From: Acanthaster planci
Taxonomy: Eukaryota
Assembly (NCBI RefSeq): GCF_001949145.1
Contig: NW_019091404.1
Span: 2,976,001 to 3,038,000 of the forward strand
Reading direction: 5' to 3'
Length of the DNA stretch: 62,000 nucleotides
In this document: positions 12,504 through 24,600 of the stretch, piece after piece
Numbering within the stretch: the stretch's first letter is position 1
Layout of the letters: each line of letters opens with the position of its first letter
Notes under the pieces: generated by a model
Seen by the model: only the letters and a program-made list of their open reading frames with translations
What the model was told of the DNA's origin: nothing
Databases searched by the model: none
Translations under genes and position numbers: made by a program

Positions 12504-15500
12504 ATGTCGATGCGAACGATTATCCTGATGGGCGTACGGATGGTGTTTTTGGTTGCATCAAAATTGTGGGAAGCAGTGTGTTATTTTATACGGAAAAATA
12601 CGAGAAAGGTAACTTGTTGACGGGTTTTGGCCTGTCATTTTGCTGTCTTGTATTATCTTCATCGGCTTTTACGAAGTAGCTTTTACCCCTTTGGAATATC
12701 TGTATGTGTTATCAATGCCATTATTAGGACAAAACTTTACAGTTCGCTCGGTCATTGTCGGCCGGTCATTCAGTATGCCATGCATGTTCAGCCTTCCTTC
12801 TCGCCATGTTCAGCAGTTCGCTGTTTGCCGCGCAGGCCCTGTTCCAGTGCAGTGACAGTGTTGTTCAAACTTCAAACTCTTCCTACCTCCATGCTGAGTT
12901 GCAGAACTCAGTCATAGGGCATTAAGAATACCAACTGACAAACCAGTAATCTGACAGATGTGTGCATGGTGGGTGGGTATGCAGGTTTGAGTGATCATGG
13001 CGATGTGTAATTGTATTTGATCCAAAAATTGATGGCCACTTCTTTCAAAGCAAGTCATGAAAAGTTACTGAAATATTTATCAAGCATGTTCAACAGAATA
13101 ACTTAACAAGCAAGCATTTTATCAAGCTTATCTTTCTCTTGAATTTCTCATGAATTATGTTGCCTGTATTGATATATCTGGTTTTTAAGATAAAATTAAG
13201 TCATTTGAAAATTTGTAACCACGGTAACCTCTTTATTCCAGTTGTGAAATTTAGCGTCAACGAGCGTCAACAAACATCAACACATACACGTAGGGTCAAC
13301 AACTTGAAAATACCCTCGAAAGGTTTAAAAAAGGTTTTATCATATTTTAGAGACCCTAACATCTGCCACTGTATAAGAGTAACAGTGAAGCTGCTTCCAG
13401 ATGTGCGGGGGCCGCCAAATTTCTTTTCTCTGCCATCCACATGAAAATGAGATGGTGGACAGTCAGGCAGCATAAGTGGGCCTGACTTTGTAGATCAAAT
13501 TTCCACACTCAAATATCATTTTAGGTAATATGATACATTGAATGTGATATGTAGGATCCTGATTCGTTCGTTGACACTTACAAATGTACTGACACTAAAT
13601 AGCCTGACACCTTTATTTGATATGTAGTTTACTGGAAATAATTCAATAATCGGTACAACAGTTCTTTTAAGATGGGTTGCACATGTAACACTGCTTTAAA
13701 TCTACTATCTAGTGCAGGTCAGAGGGCCTTACAGAAACAATCCAGAACACGTACATGTATGTTTGCCAAGAGGATGTTCACTTCCAAATTAAAGAAGATT
13801 GCTGTATTGCATCATTTGGGAAAACAAACTTCCAGCATCATTCTTTGCTTTTCTTGTTACAGAGGTCAGCCACAGGACAACTTCATCTTGTGGTATTTCA
13901 AGCAAATTTCAGCCTTTGTATTTTGTTTACCTTACAGATTATTCAGTACCAGACAATCCGATATTCCAATGCCCCGCTTTCACCTCTTTCAAGACATAAA
14001 CTCTGTAAGTAGCATACAGCGTCCCTTCTGTTGTCAGGTTGTGGGTGATTTTTCAAGGGTACGCGCAGCCTTTCAAGTTATCTAAACCGTCTGGTTGAAG
14101 GATTTGATGTAGGCTAGTGTAACAACTTAGGCGCTGTGAAAGAATGCGGGATTTTAGAGGGTTAACAGGAAGAAGGGTTAGTTGGATCTGATTCAAAGTT
14201 AATTTAGGTTGTCGATTCTTGTACCCACTTTACTGATTTGTTGGAGCTGAGCTGAGTGCTTGGGTTTCATGTAATTACATCCAACACTGGCCACTACCGG
14301 TAACGTCGCTTTACAATCTGTTAGTAGTTGGGGGTAAAGATTTTTATTTGAAATTATGGACATTTTAAATGGTTTGATATAAAGTGTAATATCCATTTTA
14401 TGACAAAATGATAAATTCATTTGAATCTGATGCATTTTTGCCATGGTTTCTGTCATGCGTGTACACGTTTCACAACTGAATTCCAAACCTTGGTCATTGC
14501 AGCACTAGTCAAGCGCAAGATCATGGTGTTGGACTTAGATGAGACGTTAGTACATTCGCAGCATGCTAGTCTCATGAGGCCCAACAGGCCAAGTATACCA
14601 CCTGATTTTGTCCTAAAGGTAAGCCTGGCTAGAGAGTCAGTGGGACAGAGGTTGAGCATTAGTAAGCTTGTCCCCAGGGGTATGTCAAATCTCTCCTCGA
14701 TAGTGGGGGACATCAGTTCACACTTTTTTTGTGCACAACGTGTGTTTATTATCTTATTCAATTTATAAAAACTCAAAAGGGAAAATCCTCGATCCATCAA
14801 TTCCTTTAGTATTTTGTTTTGCTTAAAACATGGAGGGGACATTCGACATTGTGTCTCCCCGTACCAAATTGATTGTGGGGAATGTGTCTCCCCCGGATTT
14901 CCGCCCATGGCTGATAGACTACTTGTACTTGTCTATAAGAGTAGAAAAGGAAAAAAGTTTATGCGTCAAATTTTGCTGCCCATTCAAACAGTCTCAGACA
15001 AGTTTAACCATGAATGCCAAACGTTCTACATTTCTCGTATTAACCTATGATAGCTTTAGAAGCTCAGCCTTGTGAGTTTTTTGTTATTAAATATTACAGT
15101 TTTTTGCTCAGGAATTGTGCTTTTAGTACTTGATTGATCCAAACTGTTCTTTCCTCCCTGTAGGTTACAATTGACTCACTTCCTGAGAGATTTTACGTTT
15201 ACAAAAGACCTCACGTAGACTTCTTCCTGAATGTTGTAAGTAAACATCTTACAAATCACCCTGTGAAAGTTCTGATTGGAAACTGACTCTTTCGGACTTT
15301 ATACACAAAGACATGCACAGTCTAGTGCAGTACAAGAGGTTGAAAATTGTCCATGTCTTTGAATTTGAACTTCTATGTACTTGAAGACAGAAGACAAATA
15401 CATGTACCAGGAACAGATGTCTTTTGTGGGTAAAAATTAATTGAAAGTTGAAAGGTTTCTGAAAAAGTAAATAGATTTGGATACCATTTGAAGGTTTCAC

Positions 15501-17508
15501 AGGTATTTCTTAGTAAATACAAAAGAAAAAATAATGACATAAATGTATATTGACATGGAACTGGTGACTTCTATTGCTGAAACCCCTTGCAGAAAAAAAG
15601 AGAAACAGATTTGCACACCATATTATGAATTTGCATATTTTATGTGGGTTTCGGGGTACTGACTACATGTACGCCCTTCTTTTGAAACAAAATTATCAAA
15701 TTTCTGAGAAATTAATGGTAGGATCTAAAATTTTTGAAAGTGCATATACAATATGTAACTTGGTCGTATGAGTAATTTTGCAACCTGCTTTCAAGTTTCA
15801 AAATTCTAGCATTGATTTAGACATGTGCAACCAGGAAGTAGTTTGTAAGCAAAGCTTCCTCATTATATGTCAGTGCTTGCCCGCATTTTTAGTGACGTTT
15901 CTTCCTCTGTTCCCTGCTGAAGTGTTACGGAGAATGATGGAGTAAAAATGATCAGGAAACTTATGAGAGAAACTTGTATTATGTTACTGACAGAAATCAG
16001 ATCATAAATTTTAGGTAATGAAGTAACGGTGTAGGGCCGTATTCTATTCACTTAAATGTTTCCGAGTTTTTGTCTTTTTGGTCCCAGCCAACAGAAATCA
16101 TTTGCAGATGTTGGCACTGTTTGCTTAAGTTTAACTTATCCAAGACATATGCCAGCCTTTTTTTGGCATAGGATTTCAGATCATGTTACACCTATTTCCT
16201 CCATTTTCAAACTTCTGTTCTACTGTCATACTTTTTAGGGTGTGCAGGGAGCTTTTTGAGAATTTGTCCATCAGGGTCAAATATCATGCTCAAAGAATTT
16301 AGGATCAACCCTGTGCCTAGAAGTGAAAGTTGTTTGCATGTATTTTTCATTGATTTTTCCTGGGTTGATACATGTATGTGTGGACTATCATTTTGATGCA
16401 GGTCAGCAGGTGGTATGATCTTGTAATATTTACAGCAAGTATGGAAATCTACGGGTCTCCTGTCGCTGAAAAACTCGACAATGGCAGGGGAATACTTAGA
16501 AGACGCTATTATAGACAGGTAATATATCAAAGTGTTAATACAAAGAGGGAATAGAGTCCAACCTCGTTAATAAGAGCACTGTCAATACAAGATTCTGCTT
16601 ATAGCAAGAAAATTTTGATGTCCTAATCCATTGTTTCTTATCGTTTCCGTTCCACTTAATACAAGGTTCCTAATATAGCAAGGTAATTGTCAAGTCCAAA
16701 GGACCTCTTATTAACGAGATTTGACTGCATGTGTATGGTGACAAGCTTAACATCTATGGTGGCACTGTTGGTCAGCAAGATAACATCTTTGAACTGAGTT
16801 AGGCTTTGTCTATAATGGACAGCTGTATCTGTGACTATGGCTATCGACTAAAGTGAGTCAGTGGTAACAACCAGAAGCCATAGTCGCAGAATGGTTGATT
16901 TGGACATTGCCTTTAATATCAAACAAGTTTCACATTCCATTGAAATAATAACCTCTTTTTTTGCTAGACAACTAACCTGCTTGATCTGTCCAGTAATAAA
17001 TCAGAGTTTTAACGATAGTCATGTTTGTTCCTTTTGCTAACAGCACTGCACATTAGATTCAGGCAGCTATACAAAAGATTTATCAGCAGTCAGCTCAGAT
17101 CTTTCCAGTATTTTTATTGTGGACAACTCGCCAGGGGCATACAAGTTATATCCAGGTGAGGAGTTTTGTGCGTCATTTGTTAGCATTCCAGGTTTCTGTT
17201 TGATTTCGGAGAAGCTTTGCAAATCTTAATTGATGTAGGCCATGTCAGTGCAACGTTCAAGGGCTTCACGCTCAGACAGTACTGCTGTAGTGCTTTTGCT
17301 GTTCATTACCTCAGCATTTTGTTCGATATCATTGCTTAAATACCATTTTCTGTTTTCAGACAATGGAATTCCCATCAAGTCGTGGCTGTCGGACCCAACC
17401 GACATTGGTCTGTTGAACCTACTCCCAATTTTAGACGCCATGAGATTTACAAGTGATGTACGGTCTGTGCTGAGAAGGAACGTACTTCAAGCCGCCCACA
17501 GAACATAG
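12504..17508 (+). CDS. CTDNEP1: CTD nuclear envelope phosphatase 1 (Dullard/Nem1 orthologue), 245 aa, 7 exons
   Basis: Exons 12504-12608, 13938-14004, 14503-14618, 15164-15235, 16402-16518, 17044-17155, 17360-17508 (738 nt). N-terminal amphipathic helix, [11 protein letters not shown] motif [36 protein letters not shown] and PIKSWLSDP match CTDNEP1. AATAAA at 18940-18945. Confidence 0.97.
16554..16727. mobile_element. Tc1/mariner(pogo)-like MITE in CTDNEP1 intron 5
   Basis: Inverted repeats gagtccaacctcgttaataagag / ctcttattaacgagatttgactg; TA on the left and decayed CA on the right. Confidence 0.65.
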
Positions 17509-19439
17509 CTCCTCCCCCCAAGATACTTCCATTGGTGGCTACATATGTACATGTACATAGTATTATTATTGTCATAGTAATTTGTAAAAAAAAAGTACAA
17601 ACAAAACAAAATACAAAGTTTATATAGATATTGTTTTGAACTGGTGGATGATTTTGTTGGCTTCAGGTCAAAGGTCATATCCTTTGATTTTGCTGGGTAC
17701 AGCATCCATTTTATTGAGACCAATAATTTGGTTTAATATAATCCGCTTGCTTCATTCTGTTAAATTTCCCAGTCTTAAAGTATTTGTTTATTTTTTAACT
17801 TGAATGAAATAATTATTGGACATGACCGAAATGGCAGTTGGTACTATTTTGTGAAGTCTGCTCTACAAGTCATGTTACAACTGGGAATGAAGAAAGTCGA
17901 GAATTGGATGCTTTTATGTGTTACATCTTTGCAAATCTCTCAAGATACATGTATAAAAAATTGCATTCTTGCCAAAATCAAAAAGAGTAGTGGTTGTTGG
18001 CATGAAAGTTCATCCTTCAAATGTGTGTGGCGGTGCATACATGTACTTGGGGACAATTCATTAAAATATCTCTTACTACATAAGAAAAGATTATGTGAAC
18101 TTGTAATTTGTGTTCAAAAAATGCAGGTCTCCCCAAATAAGCACAAACAATAATTGAATCATAAGAACGATACTCAAGCTAGATAATGGTGAAGTAAATT
18201 AGTAAACATCTATTCAAGCATGCTGCACGTTCCTGAAATATGATGTGATGTCTTGCTGGGTAGAAAATTCTTGGAGGAACAAAACTGACCAAGTTACAAA
18301 GGAAAGTATCAAATGTCTCGTGTACATTGTTATTTTATGCAACAGAGTTGCATGAAGTCCCATTAATTGGAAGCATTAAGGAATGTGTGCCCATTTACAG
18401 TTGTTTCAGAAGCACAAATCCAAGTTAAGAAGCAGATTTTTTTTTTGAAGACTGTAGATCAGGAAATGGCAGATTTGATTAGATTGTCTACTCTGATTTT
18501 ATGAGATTTTTTGTGTTGTTTGCACGTATATTGCATTGCCTTGTGTGACATACATTTTGCAATTTGTTTTTGGTCGTAGTTGTCAAATGGTGTCATGTCT
18601 TCTCCTCTAATTTGGGGGGGGGGTCCGGCAGGAGGAGAGCTAGATGTTGCATTTTCAGTTTTTGAGTTTGTTTCATTTTTTCACCAAACAATATGATTTT
18701 ATAAAACTCTAAAAATGGTGAGGCTTGGGTCCAAAAAGTACAACAACCAGTTGACTTTCAAGTCTGTGTTTGTTTTTACTTCCGTTTTGGGATTGAATTC
18801 ATGCTTTTGTTTGCCCAAAAGAAACCATTAGAAAAACCATTGTAAGATACAACGGCTGTCATTACTGTGTACAGGTGTCGCTTGTATTTTTAAGATTCAA
18901 AGAATAATGAAACCTATCATATCAGGAAGACTTGTAATTAATAAATTCAACAACAATTGAATACGAGGAAAATGTCAGTGGTTTCTGTAAGAGATCTGCG
19001 TGTGATGAGTAAATTGAAACATATTTCAGAGAGGGAACTTATGGCAATTAATTATAATTAATGGTTGATGGCCAGCCTAAAAGACATTCACAATGTTATA
19101 AATCTGACTCCTAAAATATGATTGCGGAATCTAAACAGAATTTTAAATTGATTGACCTGTTACATGAAATTCTGAAAATCTTGAATTTCAGAATCAGAAA
19201 TGATTCTAGTCACCTGAACACTTACGAACCAGATTAGAACAAAAACTGTCTAAGTACTCCAAATGAAATCATACTGAATACCAAGGGTGTGAACTTATGG
19301 AGAAAATATTTCAGTCAGTGTTTGCCGTTGAGGTCTTGGCACGTTGCATATTTCTGAACGGGACATTGTGTTCAACAACCCTGCAACATACCCAACAGCT
19401 CCATGCTGGGAGTGCCTAGAGGATTTGTTGAGATGTTGA

Positions 19440-22400
19440 TCATGGGGGAGGTGGGGGTGGGGGAGGTGGGCCTGGGGTACCACCTCCACCCCCTCCTGGA
19501 GGAGGGGGTGGTCCACTCGGTCCAGGCGGTGCCATAGGTGGCCCTGTTGGTGGTGCCATAGGCGGTCCCATTGGTGGCCCTGCGGGTGGAGGTGCACCTA
19601 TCGTGGGAGGACCCTGCTTCATCATCATTGCCATGGGAGTTGGTATCATCTCGTGCTGCGGAGCGGGTGGTCCAGGTGCCATAGCCGTGGGAGGGCCCGG
19701 AGGGGGCATGCTAGGTGCCATGGGGCCTGGAGGCGGTGGTGGGCCTGGCCCTGGAGGTGCAGATGGGCCGGGACCAGGGGGCGGAGGCGCAGCACTAGAC
19801 CCTGGTGGGGGAGGAGGTGCTGGACCACTGGGTGGAGGTGGTGGTGGAGCCCCGCCCCCAGGTTCCGGGGGCGGAGGTGCGGACTCCGTAGCAGCTTGTG
19901 CGGCTGGTGGCGATTTCTTCTTCTCCTTTTTCTGTAGCTTTGCTTCCCGTTTGGCCTCTTCCTTCTTGCGTTTATTTTCTAGTTTCCTCTGCTTGATTTC
20001 CTCCATCACCTCTGGTGGCATTCCCTTCCTTTTGTATCTGTGCAAACGTCACAAAATAAGTACTGAAATTTGGAAACTGATTGTCCAGAATGAGCATTTG
20101 TTGTATTGTATCCCCCTCACAGAAGCACAATATTTTGAGTTAAATATTTCTGGCAATAGAAGTTCTGGGTTTTGTACCATGAACAACTTTACAGGATCAC
20201 CAGGAAGAGTCGGTATATTATAAAATCATTGAAGGGATAAAAGTTGTGACAGACATTAAGGGTTTCGATAAAACCCTACTGTTTGACAGGAGAAAGAAAT
20301 GACTAGGGCGTGTGTGGAGCACCTCAGGTCACCAACCTTTTAACTTCCCCTCTCATTGAGCACAAAACAGCACACAGTAGCAGAACTGGAAGGCCAATTG
20401 GCCAAAAGATAGCCACCAGCTGGATCTGATCTACGGGGAGAATAAAAAAAATGTTCTGGTTTCTGTTTTATCAAGTCAGTACTATTTGGGAAAAGCGTGT
20501 CAAATTTCAACAGTTAGCAATTTTTGAAGGACTTTCGAATAGCGATCCCATTGTTTTATAGTCCCTTGTCTTATGGTACAATTAAAGACTATAGGTGCTT
20601 GAAAGAAATCAAGACGCCGGATAGGCATACTCACCTTCGTCCAAAATGTGCTGTACAATCTGGTTCACTGCCAAATAAAAATATGTTTAAGAAAAGACAC
20701 TCCTGAGCAAGTCTTACCATGAAAGAAAATCAAGTTGTGAACTTTATAGTATTTTGTCGTGTTCTACAGACATAAATTCAACTAGGGTTATAACAATCTG
20801 TAAAGTTAAGTTTGTGTTTTACGACAATAAATAGCGTAACAAGGGTTACAAAATTGATGGTGCCGATGGGGTTAAATGTTAAAAGTTCGCAAGTAGTACG
20901 CATGGTCGTAGTTGAAACCAATACAGAACTCTTTCTGGTCTTCTACAAATTCTGAGCCTCGGCACAAACCTTGAGGGCGTGCCGAGATACACCGTTAATT
21001 ACGTCAATGTTAGCTCCTCCAGCCAGTTTCTGGGTAAACTGGCAAACAAACGCATGTTGTTTTCTCTTCCTTGCCAACATAACACAAAGTTAAGCACATG
21101 ATCTATCTAGAGTCCAGACCTCATACCTTTTAGAACGATGGCTGTCATGTATACCGTGTGACCCGCTTGCTGAAAAGCACATGCGTAAATACCTTCGTCA
21201 GCCGCCGTCACAAACCCTAACTGCAGGTCCGCCATGTTTACAAGTTGACGATTGCCGGCTAGAAAATTAATTATGGGTGATCAAATGAAACAGTCTACCA
21301 GAGGTCTTTCAAGTCAGAAACAAGACATCACGAAAACTCTCCCTGTTCAAATTAAGTAAGTCCCTTTCATTCGTTTTTACAAAATTTCCTACAAGCGCAG
21401 TTCAACTAAGATTCCTTGATGAATGTTTACGTTAAGGCATATGATGTAGATGAGGAGTTCAGAATGTCTGGGCCTACCCTTACACTTACATTTACGCAGC
21501 TTTGGAACTTTAAAGACTTAAGGGGTGCTTCAGCACTAGCGTAGAGAAATAAAGAGACGGGGCCGAGTGCTTACACATTCTACCCAAAATCACCTGTGGC
21601 ATCTACCGGTTGGTCGTTTCGATACCATTCAACAGAGGCCGTTGGGTGCTGTTGTATGTACCAATCAGCGAAGCAGTTTAATACCACAGACCAACCTGCC
21701 ATCACTACCACCTCTTGAAGCGTTGTACTACCTAGAAAAGATTGTGTTTAGATGAATTAATTGGCTTATCACGTAGGAATGTTCAGATCTCGTAGACCAA
21801 AACTATTTCATTCTTAAGTTTCAAGATACTTGTTGGAGTTTCTTGAAAGAACGTACAATGGAACGTTCAGTCTTGTCAGAGATCAGAAACACTAACGACC
21901 TGTAATGAGCGTTTTCCTTTTGGACAGGATGAGAACTGCACGTTGAGGTCTCTTGAATTTTGTTTCTCTATGTTGTACTAATCTAACTTGTTTATTTCTG
22001 TTTGTTTATATTTGCGTAATTTGGTCAATGGACAATGCAATTCTTAACACAGTCCAGAGCTGTACCGCCGCATATCTGCGATGCCTGACACTTCCCGCTC
22101 TCCACGTTTTTGCCCATGCACGGCTGGCCGCCGTTGCTAGGCGGCGGCTGATTGCAAAGACGATCGCGAACTTTGGCCCCTTGACCACAGGTCACCGAGC
22201 AAAACTGCCATTCGGACCACTGACCCCAGCTACCGTCCACCACTGAGTAGAAAAGAAAAGCTAAAACGTCGTATTTTGTTGGTGTACAAACCCGATCCAA
22301 AAGGCTACCTTTTTTAAATGTCACATGACTTGTCTCCTGATGACGTCATCATCACACGAGGTCAATTTTCCTCTAAAATAGATTTTGTTAACACCATACA

Positions 22401-23542
22401 ACTGAAGCGAATTTGTAAACGAAGTACGGTTCCTTCCAACTGATTCCTCTCGTGTCCCTCTCATATCAGGCCTGCACTGAGCACTGTGTAGGTCTCATTC
22501 ATATCAAAAGGAAATGGCTCATAAATGAACAGTTTTTATTTGCCTTTATTTTACCTGGATTAAAACCCGAAGTTCCAACAGGATTTTTAGCGATGGGAGC
22601 ATTCATTTCATAAGAGGCGCCTGTTGAATTACAAAGGAAAAGAAATAGCCTACAGATAAAAGCAGAATTAAAAATGTCTGATTATCGATCAGATCAAAAT
22701 GTAAAAGTTTGCTGTAATTGCAGGATGATTTTACTGAGACGAAGTCCTGAGAATTGATTAAGTTTGACCCAGGATGATAAGATTCGTCTTTGATGACAGA
22801 GGCTGAATATAACAATTTTGTTCGCACTTTGGCAGTACATCATTAACGTGTCGTCTTTAATTTATAAATTTTATAACTGATAGAACACTAGAAAAGCTTA
22901 AAGGTTTGATTTGTCCCGTTTTTAAACGCTATTATGTTAGGTAATACTGTTAGTTAAATCGTTTGATTTAAGGAAACCAAGATTTACCTGCATCGGCGAC
23001 TTCCATGTTGGGTTTATTTCTTGAATATGAGCTGGGGACATTGTATGGGATATCTGCAATATCAAAAGAAATATAAACTCGGCAAATAAAGGCTCTATGC
23101 TTATTAATGGAAATCTGGGTGCAATTCATCCAACAAAATCATCTTAAACAGTAGCTGAGCGTCTCCTCGCTCGGGGCCAAGGAGAAGTTTACCTTCTCCA
23201 AACTGCTGGCCCGGTCTGCCTGCGTTTGAATCGAAAGATCCGTACTCGTCGCCTGTATGGGTAAAATAACGAAAATGTAGATCTGTCAAAAAGCGACCGA
23301 ACTCAAGTAAACTCTGGAACTATGAGAGAGCCCCCAAAAGCGCTGTATTTTGAAAATAGGCTTAAAAAGACATTTCATGCTAGAGGAGGATGTTAGCGTC
23401 GGGTAGGCCTGTATATGATACCAGTCATGCCCGTAGGCTACTTACCTTCTCCATTCTGTCCGCATGCAGGCCTATATATTGACAGGCAGTGCAGAATCAC
23501 CAGCCAGTATACCTCATGGAGGTGGATTTTCGGAGCCATCAT
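19440..23542 (-). CDS. Type I membrane protein: signal peptide - micro-exon linker - TSP1 - Ig - TM - basic helix - polyproline cytoplasmic tail (486 aa, 10 exons)
   Basis: Exons 23542-23446 (signal peptide MMAPKIHLHEVYWLVILHCLSIYRPACG), 23252-23193, 23053-22988, 22620-22555, 22242-22066 (TSP1 VDGSWGQWSEWQFCSVTCGQG...RDRLC), 21731-21594 plus 21258-21127 (Ig: VVLNC...VEWYRN...DEGIYAC), 20667-20635, 20430-20337 (TM IQLVAIFWPIGLPVLLLCAVLCSM), 20037-19440 (K/E/R-rich helix then Pro/Gly tail). All GT-AG, phases consistent, 1461 nt open. Micro-exon usage is inferred. Confidence 0.85.
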
Positions 23543-24600
23543 GTCCGTGCGCGAAACATACCGAGATGTTTGCTGCTATCGTTGTGGCCAATCGCAGGTG
23601 ACTTATTTTTTTCGAGTTTTGTTATGCTGTTAGACCAACTAACGTCAGGACAACCAAGCAAGTAATATGTGGTAAGTCCATTGCGCAGTCCGGCCTACAC
23701 CACAGCTGAAAGACATAAAGTTGGCCAATTTGAAAATCTGACGCGCGCAGCGCTATAATGACGCGGCGCTATCTGGGTTGCACGCGCGCGTCAAACTTCG
23801 TTAGTGCATTTGCCAACTGTCTTCTTGTGTGTCCTAGCCAGGCGGAACCAGAGGCGTATAACTAGGGGGCATATCCCCCGGCTCAAGGCTTGTTCCCCCT
23901 CACACCACTGGGATATTTAATAGAGAAGGGCAAATTTGGTACTAGTCCGCCTGGTCGATATGAACGTGGATTTTTCTGCGTTCATTCAGAACTGAATCTG
24001 CTTGCCCTGATGAAGGTACCCAGTTATCTTAAGCTTGGCAATTACATAACTCTAGGCACTAAATTATATTATATTTTTGTCTATATTTTGGTCAATATTT
24101 ACGTGTCAGTGCCCTCTTCAAAAAATGAGAGCCCTAATATCCGCCGGGGGGATCCATGGCCGTTTTCCACCAAGTTTCAACAAAGCCTCTATATGACTTT
24201 GAACACTTTTACAAAAGAAAACCCGAAACAAAAAAACCACTGAGAAGACTGATATGGCGTTTTGCTTAATGCATTTTATTTGGTCTGTCGATTGACAAAA
24301 ACAAAATTGTAACCATGCACGCAGTGTGAAACTTTTCAAGCAAAATTTTCTGCATTTTATTAACTTTGTGAAATTGAGCGAAGTCCAAGGTTGCTACTCT
24401 GATCTCGAGGTCTATCATCCCATCTTTTGATTTTTTTTTACAAAATCCGCACTGGTTTATCCGCGCATTAAAAGCCAATCATTTCAAATAATGTTAGTTT
24501 TCTCTTTTGGGAATCATGACATATATATTTGCTGAAAATGGTTAAGTTGTGACTTCCCAGCTATGCCTGTTAATCTCAGGTGGAACATTTCTTATTTGAA

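Noticed and set aside
14670..14910. Possible MITE in CTDNEP1 intron 3 (ends ggatttccgcccatg) and the 151-aa minus-strand ORF overlapping it
   Set aside because: The left terminus is too diverged and no TSD was found; the ORF is antisense to exon 3 with no recognisable protein features.
19603..20223. Gly-rich plus-strand ORFs (also 24745-25312)
   Set aside because: Antisense shadows of the polyproline exons; splice signals and domain continuity support the minus strand.
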